Origin: Patescibacteria group bacterium
GTDB lineage: Bacteria > Patescibacteriota > Dojkabacteria > J137
Assembly (NCBI GenBank): GCA_963169855.1
Contig: CAUJCN010000001.1
Span: 175,645 to 239,644 of the forward strand
Direction of reading: 5' to 3'
Length of the DNA: 64,000 bases
Positions 10,191-20,025 of the stretch are shown piece by piece. Positions within the stretch are counted from its first letter, which is position 1; each line of letters starts with the position of its first letter. Below the pieces are notes generated by a model. That model had not been told where the DNA came from, did not search any database, and saw only the letters and a list, made by a program, of their open reading frames with translations. Made by a program: the position numbers and the translations under genes.

Positions 10191-10679
10191 ATGATCTGGA
10201 CTAAACCTCACATTTCAAAAATTTACGAAGCGGCTGGTGCGATTGGAGACAATCGCATCGAAGTTTCGGATTCAGAAAATTCTGCAAAGATGTTTTCTTC
10301 TTCTAAAGGCAAGTTCTACACAGTTACCTGGAACGATGATTTATCCCAAATGATGAGTAACGATAACAGTGCTTACTGGACTGGACAAGTCAGCTATCCA
10401 ATGATTTCAATTTTAATGCTGAAAGGTAAAATTCAATTTGATCCAAAAATCTGCGATTTACTAAAAGGATTTGCATGGAAAGATATAAATCAGACCCCGT
10501 ATAAGTTACGGGGTAAAAATGATTTCGACAAAACAGTGGAATTTGTTCTTAACGAACTTGAGAATAGAGGAGAAGATGTCGAATTTGTAAAAAGTGAAAC
10601 TCAGAATATTGCTGACCAACTTGATAGTTTGCAAATCGAGCATTTAGGAAACAGATTAAAACCACCAAAGGGATACTAA
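10191..10679 (+). CDS. hypothetical protein
   Basis: 162-aa ORF. Confidence 0.4.
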   Translation: MIWTKPHISKIYEAAGAIGDNRIEVSDSENSAKMFSSSKGKFYTVTWNDDLSQMMSNDNSAYWTGQVSYPMISILMLKGKIQFDPKICDLLKGFAWKDINQTPYKLRGKNDFDKTVEFVLNELENRGEDVEFVKSETQNIADQLDSLQIEHLGNRLKPPKGY

Positions 10680-10854
10680 ATCATATTCTCTTTAAACCTG
10701 GATATAAATTAGGTAAAGTTTATAGTAACAAAGCCAGAAAATTTTAAGTTCGAAAAAGTTGGAACATTTTCTCTCTTCGAGCTTGAATATTGAGCTTTTG
10801 TTTTATCAAGTATTTTTCGATCTTTGAATTTAGAATTTCGAGCTTTTATTTTAT

Positions 10855-11241
10855 ATGGATCTTATTATTTTCGACGATGTTTGCGTACTTTGTAATGGAT
10901 TTGCAAAATTTGTGCTGAATCGTGACAAAAAAGACCGTTACCTTTTTACATCTCAAACTTCCGAAGCTTTCAAAAAGTTGAATATAGATCAAAAGTTAAT
11001 AGGACAAACAGTTATCCTGGTGAAGAATTTTGAAACTAAACCAAAAGTTTTCGTTAAGTCCAGAGCGGCGATAGAAATCTTAACTTCACTTTCTAAAATC
11101 TACTTTCCACTGAAAGTTTTAATTTTAGTTCCCTGGTTTATTCGTGATTTCTTTTACGATTTAATCAGTAGAAATCGATACCGAATTTGGGGAAAGACAT
11201 CTGTTTGCTCAATAGCTAAAAACAGCAAGATGTTAAAATAA
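10855..11241 (+). CDS. DCC-family thiol-disulfide oxidoreductase (DUF393)
   Basis: N-terminal IIFDDVCVLCNGFAKFV (DxxCxxC) signature. Confidence 0.55.
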   Translation: MDLIIFDDVCVLCNGFAKFVLNRDKKDRYLFTSQTSEAFKKLNIDQKLIGQTVILVKNFETKPKVFVKSRAAIEILTSLSKIYFPLKVLILVPWFIRDFFYDLISRNRYRIWGKTSVCSIAKNSKMLK

Positions 11242-11349
11242 CCTATAGTAGAAATCTGAGAGGTTAAAACCTTTAACCCAACATCTCTTGCTATTAATCC
11301 TGTTACAGCTTATACTCGCTAAGACTTATATAAATTTAACTATAATGCC

Positions 11350-11883
11350 ATGGCATACTTTAATAGAAACGATAGAGGGAATAGAAGAGGAGGAAGAGGT
11401 TTTGGAGGATCTAATTTTGGAAGAGATAGAGGAAACAGAAGTTTCGAAGATAGAGATTCATTCGAAAGAAAGGAAATGTTCAAAACAGTTTGTGATAACT
11501 GTGGAAAAACTTGCGAAGTTCCATTTAAACCAAGCGGAGACAAGCCAGTTTACTGTAGTGACTGCTTTAATGAACAACGACAATCACCTCCAAGAGATCG
11601 AGGAGACAGAGGAGAAAGAAATTTCGACAGACAAGAATCTAAGCCTGTAGACAACAGAACTAACGAAAAAATTCTTGAGCAATTGGGAGAACTAAATTTA
11701 AAAATAGCTCAACTAACATCAGCTGTAGAAAGCTTATCAAAATATACTCGAGCAGGAAAGATTGTTACTCAATCTGAAAACAAGAATGAAGAGTCAGAGT
11801 CTGAAGAAGCTATTCCGGAAGTAGAAGAGAAAACGAAACCTGTTGCAAAAACAAGAAAAGCTAAGAGTGCAAAAGCAGAATAA
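11350..11883 (+). CDS. RGG-rich C4 zinc-ribbon nucleic-acid-binding protein
   Basis: RGG/RDR repeats then CDNCGKTCEVPFKPSGDKPVYCSDCF (CxxC-x17-CxxC), coiled-coil/Lys-rich tail. Confidence 0.5.
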   Translation: MAYFNRNDRGNRRGGRGFGGSNFGRDRGNRSFEDRDSFERKEMFKTVCDNCGKTCEVPFKPSGDKPVYCSDCFNEQRQSPPRDRGDRGERNFDRQESKPVDNRTNEKILEQLGELNLKIAQLTSAVESLSKYTRAGKIVTQSENKNEESESEEAIPEVEEKTKPVAKTRKAKSAKAE

Positions 11884-12055
11884 TCTAATTGGAGATTGGT
11901 CACTACTTGATGGCTAATCTCCAATCTTTCAAACATACTTAATCCCAAACGACTAAGCACACAAACAGTTTTTAAATCTATAAAGACAGCGATCAGTTTT
12001 AGAAATTTAATAAATTAGCCGTTGTTGTTATAATAACTTTGATTATTTTCAACCT

Positions 12056-12598
12056 ATGTACCCAAAACTAATTCTAAGAATTCAAAACAACACTCCTCAT
12101 CTTTATTTAGTTAAAGATGAAAATACAGAAACAAAAATGACTTTAGTAGATGAAAATCTATCTGCTTTATTTCCAACAATTGCAAAAAAATTAGGAATCA
12201 AAGATGCTACATCTTTTGACGAATTACTAGAACTTGCAAATAATTCTGACGAAACATATTTCGATGCTTCACCAGAAGTAAACACCGATTCATTAGAATT
12301 CGAACTTACAGAAGTTGCCGACAAATTAATCGAAGAAGTTTCAGAAATGGAAGATGAATACTCTAATGTTGAATTAAAAGATGATTTACGAAACGAATTA
12401 AATAATAATCAAAAGAATGATAACTTCGCGAGCATTTTGGACATTCTTTACAAAGTGATTATTACAAAAACATTAATTGCAGCTCACGATTTAGAAATCG
12501 ATAAAGTTTATTTACAATCTCCAGAAAACTTAGCGAGATTTAGAGAAAAGATGGCAAAGGAATTAGACAACCTTGGAGTAGAGATGTTTGTTGAATAA
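12056..12598 (+). CDS. acidic hypothetical protein
   Basis: 180-aa ORF. Confidence 0.4.
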   Translation: MYPKLILRIQNNTPHLYLVKDENTETKMTLVDENLSALFPTIAKKLGIKDATSFDELLELANNSDETYFDASPEVNTDSLEFELTEVADKLIEEVSEMEDEYSNVELKDDLRNELNNNQKNDNFASILDILYKVIITKTLIAAHDLEIDKVYLQSPENLARFREKMAKELDNLGVEMFVE

Positions 12599-12950
12599 CT
12601 TTCTCACTATAAAAGATTAACAAACCTTACTACAAACTTAGGATGGGGTTTGGGAAGAAATCGGCGAGACCACCAAACCACTGTAACTCGTTTCCGATTT
12701 CGCTCCCAAAACTTGGGCTCCACCTTTAGTTATAAAGGTGGAAAAGTACCAAATAACAACTTCTGAGACTTAGTAATCTTATTTTTATTTACTTTTCCTT
12801 ACGTACTTTTGAAACCAAAAGTACCAAAAGTTCCGGAGGTAAATGAGTGGACAAATGCTCTTTTTGAGTCAGACTACTAGCACGGCATTTACCCCCGGAC
12901 CCCCATTCGATATATCTAAGTCCAAAAAGTATCAATACTTTTATTTGACA

Positions 12951-13832
12951 TCACATACTTATAACAATCGTTGCTGATTTATCGGTCATTTCGATATCTT
13001 CTCCTTTTAGCTGGAGCTTAGCAAGCCCATCCATAAAGTATTCTAGCGGTGCGAATTTTTGAAAAATCCAAAAGTCTTTTGCATTAATTTCTTTTCTTTT
13101 CCATGACTGTGATTTTGGTGCAATCTTAACTGTCATTACGATTTTTCCTTCTTTGGTTAAGAATGAAATTAAATTGCTGAAGAACGCAGATTCAGAATCA
13201 AACGGAATTGTATTCCATGCATAATCAGAAATTATTAAATCGTATTTCGATTTTAATTTCATTTCCAAAATATCAGCTGATTTTTTTCTAGCTTGAGGAA
13301 CTTTTATAAGTTTTAAAACTTTTGAAGATAAATCAACATAATCAATTTTTTTGAAACCCTCAACTGCAACTGGAAGATTTAAAAGCAAAACTCTGCTCGG
13401 ATTATTTTGCAAAATTTGTGCTTGAATAAAATCTAAACGAATTTTTGCTCCATCAACAATATCTTCTGAATATAAATCTCTAATTTTTTTTGCATTTTTA
13501 TAAACAAAATCCCACTCAAAGTTAGTACTATTTTTATAGTCTTCAAACTCTTTTCTGAGTTGTTTAATTTTCCAAAAGAAAACCTTGGCTTTATTATCAC
13601 TTTTAGAATCAATAGTATAAGAATATGCTTTTTCTACAATTAAGCGATCTACATTTTTAAGAACACTTAAATAGATTCTTAAGTTCTCGACATCATTAAA
13701 ATCTGCAGCTATTTTATATGCAAATGCTTGAAATTCATGTGCTGCATGACGTTTTCCTTTTCCCTTAGGCTCGTTAGAAAATCTTTTATCTAGAAGTTGC
13801 TTTGCAGATATCATGAAGTGATTATACATCAT
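12951..13832 (-). CDS. hypothetical protein, C-terminal half weakly resembles a class I SAM methyltransferase
   Basis: YDLIISDYAWNTIPFD and LTKEGKIVMTV resemble MTase motifs II/III; no clear Gly-rich motif I. Confidence 0.35.
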   Translation of the reverse strand: MMYNHFMISAKQLLDKRFSNEPKGKGKRHAAHEFQAFAYKIAADFNDVENLRIYLSVLKNVDRLIVEKAYSYTIDSKSDNKAKVFFWKIKQLRKEFEDYKNSTNFEWDFVYKNAKKIRDLYSEDIVDGAKIRLDFIQAQILQNNPSRVLLLNLPVAVEGFKKIDYVDLSSKVLKLIKVPQARKKSADILEMKLKSKYDLIISDYAWNTIPFDSESAFFSNLISFLTKEGKIVMTVKIAPKSQSWKRKEINAKDFWIFQKFAPLEYFMDGLAKLQLKGEDIEMTDKSATIVISM

Positions 13833-13868
13833 GAGAAAGGTTAAAAATAAAAAGGTTAATAGGTAAAA

Positions 13869-14255
13869 TTATTTAAGTTTCCTTACTATTGAACTCTGAA
13901 TATATTCAATTTCCTTGACCTCAGTAAATAGAGGGTACAAAAGTTGATCTTTTGTGATCTCTATAAGTATTGATATCCAATAACTTGTTTCTCGCGCCTC
14001 CTTCTTTGCTATTTTCATTCTCATCTTGCAATCTCTTGTACCGAGGTTTTGATTAGCCTCAATATAGTTAGCGCCGATCGAACCGGAGCTTCTAATTAAT
14101 TGTTTATAGTCTTCGATCGTAATAATAGAAAGTTTTTTTGTTTTTACATATTGACGGATGTTTACAGCAAATTCTTTACATCTATCTTCTAAGTCATACT
14201 TCATTAAAGAATTGTACCTAATGCTAAACGGAATTGACACTCTATCGTAATACAT
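13869..14255 (-). CDS. four-helix-bundle protein (23S rRNA intervening-sequence protein family, TIGR02436-like)
   Basis: GSIGANYIEA...KEARETSYW signature. Confidence 0.65.
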   Translation of the reverse strand: MYYDRVSIPFSIRYNSLMKYDLEDRCKEFAVNIRQYVKTKKLSIITIEDYKQLIRSSGSIGANYIEANQNLGTRDCKMRMKIAKKEARETSYWISILIEITKDQLLYPLFTEVKEIEYIQSSIVRKLK

Positions 14256-14408
14256 TTTTAGCCTTTCAATCTTTTGTGCTTTAGTCTTTTACCCATTTTA
14301 GCTAATTGTGCATATCTCAGCCCTATAGTAATTAAGTTAATCATTTCGAACCCGTGAAAATATTGCCCAAAAACCCATGTTATGTGGAACGTATTATTTT
14401 TCATTGAC

Positions 14409-14424
14409 GACACAACATATAGTG
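14409..14424. promoter_or_regulatory. NrdR box 1
   Basis: ACACAACATATAGTGT matches 15/16 of the NrdR-box palindrome consensus acaCwAtATaTwGtgt. Confidence 0.7.
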
Positions 14425-14440
14425 TTTAATCTGTACATTA

Positions 14441-14456
14441 ACCACTAAATTTAGTG
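14441..14456. promoter_or_regulatory. NrdR box 2
   Basis: CCACTAAATTTAGTGA with perfect 14-bp palindrome core; centre-to-centre spacing 32 bp from box 1. Confidence 0.65.
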
Positions 14457-14471
14457 ATTAATAAGAAAAAC

Positions 14472-14927
14472 ATGGTTTGCCCATACTGTAAAAGTGAACA
14501 ACTAAAAGTGGTTGATAAACGAAACTGCGCAGAAACCGCAATTAGAAGAAGAAGAGAGTGCGAAAGTTGTAGCAAAAGATTTACTACATACGAAAGAATC
14601 GAAAGAGTAACTTTGAATGTACAAAAACGAGACGGTAGAGTTGAAGAATTCGATAGAGAAAAATTAAAACGTGGAATTAAGAAAGCTGTCAGCAAAAGAG
14701 ATGTCGAAGAATCAGTAATTGACGAAATGATCTTTGATATAGAAAGTAATCTGATGAATAGGGACGAGCAAACAATTAATGCAAAGGAGATTGGAGAAAT
14801 GGTTTTAAAAAGATTAACAAAAGTTGATAAATTAGCTGCTTTACTTTTTGCAGCAGTTTATAAAGATTTCAAGAAACTTGAAGATGTTCATAAAGAACTA
14901 GTAAAGCTTGAACAACTTAAAAATTAA
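14472..14927 (+). CDS. nrdR: transcriptional repressor NrdR
   Basis: MVCPYCKSEQLKVVDKR...RRRRECESCSKRFTTYERIE zinc ribbon + ATP-cone (VQKRDGRVEEFDREKLKRGI). Confidence 0.85.
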   Translation: MVCPYCKSEQLKVVDKRNCAETAIRRRRECESCSKRFTTYERIERVTLNVQKRDGRVEEFDREKLKRGIKKAVSKRDVEESVIDEMIFDIESNLMNRDEQTINAKEIGEMVLKRLTKVDKLAALLFAAVYKDFKKLEDVHKELVKLEQLKN

Positions 14928-14956
14928 TATAGATATTTTATTTAATCAATTATTCA

Positions 14957-17758
14957 ATGAAACTAGCAGCACTTAAAGCGTTGGACTCTTTAACTCCATT
15001 TAACCGCGAAACTTTTAAAACCTTTATTTCTAATTTAACTGAAGGAATTCCTAATTCTACAGATATGGTAGATACAATTGTAAGAGAAGTTGAACTTACA
15101 GTTTTTAGTGGAATTACTATTGATCAATTATTAGAAGCTACAACATTAGTAGCAACTCAGAACATCCAGAATGATATCAACTACGATAAAATTGCTGCGA
15201 GAATCTTACTAACAAATATTTATAGAAGTGCACTAAAAAATTATCCAGCTGCTGAGAATTTTGAGGAATTGTACAAAAATTCTTTCATTGAATATATCGA
15301 ATATGGAGTAGCGAAAAGACTTCTACACACTCAAATGGGAGAAGTTTACTCAAGAGACGAAGTGAATGAATTAGCTGCAGAATTACTCCCAGAAATGGAC
15401 GATACTTTCGATTTCATTGGGTTAGATACAGCATTCAAAAGATACATGAGATTCGATTGGGATCAGAAAGCTTTGGAAACTCCTCAATTCATGTGGATGA
15501 GAATCGCAATGTGGATGGGGATTAAAGAAAAAGATAGAGTACGATGGGCAAAAGGTTTCTATCAGAAATTAGCAAAACTCCTATATATTCCAGGAGGTTC
15601 TACAAATATTGGAGCAGGAACTACTTACCCAACTTTAAGTAACTGTTATTTAATCGACACAGAAGACGATACTAGAGCAATTTTCGACAACGTAAAAAAT
15701 ATCGCTTTAATTTCTAAAGCAACTGGAGGAATCGGAATCTCCGTTACTAAACTAAGAGCTTCCGGATCTCTTGTTCGAAGTAACAACACATTCTCAACAG
15801 GACCAATTCCATTCATCAAAGTAATGGATACAACTTTGAAATCAATGTCTAGAGCTGGGAAAAAACACGGAGCAATGTGTATCTACATGGAAAACTGGCA
15901 CTATGATTTCTCAGAATTTATCGATTTGAGACAAAACGCTGGAGACGATTACAGAAGAGTTCGAACAGCAGATACAGCAGTTTACCTTTCTGACGAATTC
16001 ATGAAGAGAGTAGAAAACGACGATATGTGGTATTTATTCGATCCAGCAGAAGTTTCTGATTTACCAGAACTTTATGGAGCAGAGTTTAGTCAAAAATATT
16101 CTGAATATTGCAAAATGGCGGAGGAAGGAAAAATCACTCTGTTCAAAAAAATGCCTGCTAGAGAACAAATGAAAATAATGTTGAATTCGTTGGTTAGCAC
16201 ATCACATCCTTGGATAACATGGAAAGACCCGATTAATGTAAGAGCATTAAACAACAATACAGGAACAATTCATAGTTCTAACTTATGTACAGAAATCTGC
16301 TTACCTCAGGATAGAGAAAACATTGCTGTATGTAACTTAGCTTACATTAACTTAACAAGACATATCGATACAGGTTCAGATAAATCACAAACAAAAGTAA
16401 ACTGGGATTTATTAAAAGAAACAGTTAGAGTTTCAATTCGACACTTGGATAATCTTGTAGACGTAAATGAATTAACAGTTGCAGAAGCAAAAAAATCTGA
16501 CAGTGAAAACAGGGCAGTGGGATTAGGAATGTCTGGCTTAGCAGAAGTATTCGAAAAATTCGGATTCGCTTACGACTCACCAGAAGCTTATGACTTAACT
16601 GATAAACTAACAGAATTCATTTCTTATCATTCTATCGATGCTACTGCAGACTTAGCTCAGGAGAAAGGAAGTTACACTCACTTCCCAGGATCAATGTGGG
16701 CAAAGGGATTTGTTCCATACGACACTTTGGAATTGTTAGAGAAAAGCAGAAACTTCTCAGAAGTTGATAGTAAACTTGCAGGAATCGATAAAATCAAAAG
16801 TAGAATCGAAACAAAAATTGATTCTATCTCTGATCCTGAATTAAAAGAAATCTACGCAGCTGTAAAAGAATTAACTTCATTGTTTGAGAAGCCAGCAGAA
16901 ACCGGTGCATCAGAGCCAAAAGTTTCTTACTACAAACAAGATCGAAGCAAAGATTTAAACTGGGATTCATTGAAAGAGAAAGTAAAGAAGGGAGTTAGAA
17001 ACGCAACTGTAATGGCGATTGCACCTAACGCATCAACAGGATTGGTGTTGGGAACATCTCCAGGAATCGATGTTAGATTCTCACAGATTTTCAGTAGAGC
17101 AACAAGTAGAGGAAAATACTTAGATATTAATAAAAATCTTGTAAAAGATCTTCAACAACTAGGACTTTGGGATAGATTAAAGGATCAGATTATTGAAAAA
17201 TACGGAGACATTTCGGATATGTCGGAAATTCCACAATCTTTGAAAGAAGTTTACAAAACTTCATTCCAAGTCTCACCTTATGGAGTAATCGAAGTTGCAT
17301 CAAGAGCACAGAAATGGATCGATCAGGCACTAAGTAGAAATATGTACTTAGAAACTAGAGAAGTAGATGAATTAATCGAAATCTATACAGAAGCATGGAA
17401 GAGAGGTTTAAAGACAACATATTACTTACACACAAAGCCAAGACATACAGCTGAACAGAGTACTACTGTTGTTAATAAATCACAGGCGTTAAACAAATCT
17501 GGGTTTGCAAGAGTTGCAAAACCAATCAGCTCAAAACCTGAAGAAGAAGTTGTTCCGCAGAAAGTTGAAGCTCCAGCTCCAGCAGCATTTGCAGTAGAGC
17601 CAGCACCTGTCTTACAGTCAGTAACAGTTACAGCTCCGGCAGAAACTAAATTAGAAAGAATTAGAAGAGAACAAAAAGCTAAACAGAAAGCTATGAAAAT
17701 TGCAGAAGCATGTCCAATCGATCCTGCAGAAAGAGCACTTTGCGAAGCCTGTCAGTAA
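14957..17758 (+). CDS. nrdA: ribonucleotide reductase class I alpha subunit
   Basis: SNCYL and NLCTEI active-site cysteines, C-terminal CEACQ pair after an Ala/Pro-rich linker; no obvious N-terminal ATP cone. Confidence 0.85.
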   Translation: MKLAALKALDSLTPFNRETFKTFISNLTEGIPNSTDMVDTIVREVELTVFSGITIDQLLEATTLVATQNIQNDINYDKIAARILLTNIYRSALKNYPAAENFEELYKNSFIEYIEYGVAKRLLHTQMGEVYSRDEVNELAAELLPEMDDTFDFIGLDTAFKRYMRFDWDQKALETPQFMWMRIAMWMGIKEKDRVRWAKGFYQKLAKLLYIPGGSTNIGAGTTYPTLSNCYLIDTEDDTRAIFDNVKNIALISKATGGIGISVTKLRASGSLVRSNNTFSTGPIPFIKVMDTTLKSMSRAGKKHGAMCIYMENWHYDFSEFIDLRQNAGDDYRRVRTADTAVYLSDEFMKRVENDDMWYLFDPAEVSDLPELYGAEFSQKYSEYCKMAEEGKITLFKKMPAREQMKIMLNSLVSTSHPWITWKDPINVRALNNNTGTIHSSNLCTEICLPQDRENIAVCNLAYINLTRHIDTGSDKSQTKVNWDLLKETVRVSIRHLDNLVDVNELTVAEAKKSDSENRAVGLGMSGLAEVFEKFGFAYDSPEAYDLTDKLTEFISYHSIDATADLAQEKGSYTHFPGSMWAKGFVPYDTLELLEKSRNFSEVDSKLAGIDKIKSRIETKIDSISDPELKEIYAAVKELTSLFEKPAETGASEPKVSYYKQDRSKDLNWDSLKEKVKKGVRNATVMAIAPNASTGLVLGTSPGIDVRFSQIFSRATSRGKYLDINKNLVKDLQQLGLWDRLKDQIIEKYGDISDMSEIPQSLKEVYKTSFQVSPYGVIEVASRAQKWIDQALSRNMYLETREVDELIEIYTEAWKRGLKTTYYLHTKPRHTAEQSTTVVNKSQALNKSGFARVAKPISSKPEEEVVPQKVEAPAPAAFAVEPAPVLQSVTVTAPAETKLERIRREQKAKQKAMKIAEACPIDPAERALCEACQ

Positions 17759-17771
17759 AAATTTGAAACAC

Positions 17772-17800
17772 GAAGATCGAAGACTTAAATTTCGATCTTC
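17772..17800 (+). promoter_or_regulatory. intergenic hairpin between nrdA and nrdB
   Basis: GAAGATCGAA-9nt-TTCGATCTTC perfect 10-bp stem. Confidence 0.35.
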
Positions 17801-17829
17801 AAATATTATATTTTCGATCTTTTTTAATT

Positions 17830-18810
17830 ATGGGAATACTACGAAGAAAAAAACTAACAGATGATTTGCAGTTACAAAACGTGACTTACAAATGGGCACA
17901 AGAATTATTAGATCAGGCGGTAGCAAACACTTGGTTTCCAAAAGAAATTCCTCTTGCCGATGATTTGGAAAATTGGAAAAAAATGACACAGGAAGAAAAA
18001 GATGCTGTCACAATGTACATAGGATTTTCTAATCCTTGTGAATTCGAAGTAAATGAATCCATTATGCACGGAATGATGCCTTTTGTTTCTGCGCCAGAAA
18101 TTCAAATGTACTTGGTAAGACAAATGTGGGAGGAAGTAAACCATTCAATGACGTTTACCTACATAATGAACACATTAGAAATTGATAGAAGCAAAGCGTT
18201 CAATTTACATACCGCTGTCGAAGAAGTTCATGCAAAGGAATCATTTTTAACGGACTCAATCAAGAAAATGGCAACTGGTGATATCAACATCGATACCGTA
18301 GAAGGAATTCAAGACTTCATCAGAAATATTATTAAAACAAATATTGTTACAGAAGGAATTTGGTTCTATACAGGATTTATGTTTGCGTTAAGTTTCAGAC
18401 AAAGAGGATTAATGCGAAATCTAGGAAGCTTAACTGACTGGATTGCTAGGGACGAAGCACTTCACTTAAAAGTTGGAATCAATATGATTCTTACAATCTT
18501 AGAAGAATATCCTGAAGTTGCAACAGAAGAGTTTGCAGACGAAATTAGAGACATTGTTTTGGAAGCAGTAAGATTAGAACAGAATTACAATAAAAAATTA
18601 ATTCCAAATGGAATTTTAGGAATGAATACAGAATTCATAAACAATTATGTTGAATACGTTGCAGATAGAAGATTAGTAGAGTTAGGATTTCCTCCTCACT
18701 TTAATACACCAAACCCAGCAAAGTGGATGGCAACGGCAAACGATACTTATCAACTAGTAAATTTCTTCGAAGCTCAGAATACTTCTTATGAGGTTAACGC
18801 AGGAAAATAA
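17830..18810 (+). CDS. nrdB: ribonucleotide reductase class I beta subunit (ferritin-like), possibly class Ic-like
   Basis: ExxH pairs EEVNH and DEALH; Phe rather than Tyr 4 residues after first His (HSMTF); Glu at first metal-ligand position. Confidence 0.75.
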   Translation: MGILRRKKLTDDLQLQNVTYKWAQELLDQAVANTWFPKEIPLADDLENWKKMTQEEKDAVTMYIGFSNPCEFEVNESIMHGMMPFVSAPEIQMYLVRQMWEEVNHSMTFTYIMNTLEIDRSKAFNLHTAVEEVHAKESFLTDSIKKMATGDINIDTVEGIQDFIRNIIKTNIVTEGIWFYTGFMFALSFRQRGLMRNLGSLTDWIARDEALHLKVGINMILTILEEYPEVATEEFADEIRDIVLEAVRLEQNYNKKLIPNGILGMNTEFINNYVEYVADRRLVELGFPPHFNTPNPAKWMATANDTYQLVNFFEAQNTSYEVNAGK

Positions 18811-18811
18811 T

Positions 18812-19180
18812 ATGAACACTACACAGACTATACTGGATGTCCCTTACGAAGAAGTACCTAAAATTAGATCCACACCTTTAGCAGTTGATGAAACTTTTGA
18901 AGGTTTTAGAACATCAATTGATGAGAGGTATCATCAAACAATTTTGTCAGTCTATGATCAAGCAAGCACAAGTTCTACATTCGATCCTTTTGACTTGAGT
19001 GCGATCGTTAGTACAATAAAAAGCAAATTAACAGAAACTAGGTTAGAAGAAACTCGAAATAAGCTCGGTAGGATACCTAGAGCACGTGATGTGTTAGAGC
19101 ACTTTCCTCCTATAAGTAGACAAGATATTGAATTATTTATTCATCACCACAGAAGCCCACAATTATTCCGTGAATTCTAG
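18812..19180 (+). CDS. hypothetical protein
   Basis: ORF beginning MNTTQT immediately after nrdB stop. Confidence 0.4.
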   Translation: MNTTQTILDVPYEEVPKIRSTPLAVDETFEGFRTSIDERYHQTILSVYDQASTSSTFDPFDLSAIVSTIKSKLTETRLEETRNKLGRIPRARDVLEHFPPISRQDIELFIHHHRSPQLFREF

Positions 19181-19282
19181 TTTTATAATGCGAATTATGT
19201 TATCATAATATAGTAACAAAACAGGCGAATGAGTACTAAAGACATTGAAAGACCAACTTTTCTAAGAGCTTTATTCATAAGC

Positions 19283-19322
19283 TAATAGCTTGACCCTTGC
19301 AGCAATGCAGGGGTTTTTTATT
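19283..19322 (+). terminator. rho-independent terminator
   Basis: CCCTTGCAGCAATGCAGGGG hairpin followed by TTTTTTATT. Confidence 0.55.
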
Positions 19323-19338
19323 ATTTTAAAGTAACATT

Positions 19339-20025
19339 ATGATGGGATTAAGATTAAGTAACGATACAATAGTTCGAGAAATTTCTACACACGAAGTCAG
19401 AGACCTGAACACTCTGTTAAGGGAATATAAAGAGGCTGTTGGGCAAAACTCCCCTATTATTGAAGATATATTGGAACGTATCGTATTAGAGCACGAATAC
19501 ACAGACGCTGTTTATGCAGCTGCATTAAAATCTTTACAAAGTAGTTCGGCAACTCAAGAAACGGTAAACATCAGTCCTGATCAAATTGAGGCAGCAAGAA
19601 GGGAAAGGAGTCAAGCTGTTAACGATATAGCCGAGCAGTACTTTAAAGCAAAACCTTTTGCAGGAAGTTACGAAGTCGAACTACCTTTAGTTAGGGATTT
19701 AATCCGTAATGATGGCAGATATCCTGTAGAAGAAATAGGGAGCCTTGTAGTAAGTGAACTCCGAGGAAGGCTTTCTGGGATTGAACAAGACATCCAAATA
19801 GAAAAAGAAACAGATCCTCTAGAAAGAGCAATAGAAGCTTACTTTCAAGCACTTCCTGAAGATATAAAAAATGCACAAATATTTGATCATAGTACTTTCG
19901 GCAATATCGCAATTGCATTTAATCTTGATGACACGCAAAGAAGAGAATTTCGTGATCAAATATCTATAATTCTCGAAGCTGAAGTTACCTTCGAAACCTC
20001 AGCAGACTTAGACGAGGAAATCTAA
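19339..20025 (+). CDS. hypothetical protein
   Basis: 228-aa ORF. Confidence 0.4.
   Translation: MMGLRLSNDTIVREISTHEVRDLNTLLREYKEAVGQNSPIIEDILERIVLEHEYTDAVYAAALKSLQSSSATQETVNISPDQIEAARRERSQAVNDIAEQYFKAKPFAGSYEVELPLVRDLIRNDGRYPVEEIGSLVVSELRGRLSGIEQDIQIEKETDPLERAIEAYFQALPEDIKNAQIFDHSTFGNIAIAFNLDDTQRREFRDQISIILEAEVTFETSADLDEEI

Noticed and set aside
11288-11650. 120-aa plus-strand ORF overlapping the RGG/zinc-ribbon gene in another frame
   Set aside because: Its translation is low-complexity Glu/Ile repeats generated by the GA-rich RGG-coding region; the zinc-ribbon frame is coherent.
12641-12898. SRP RNA, RNase P RNA or tmRNA in the GC-rich convergent intergenic region
   Set aside because: I could not find the conserved cores (SRP domain IV GGAAGCAGC, RNase P P4 AGGAAAGUCCGGGCUCC, tmRNA tag ORF) by eye.
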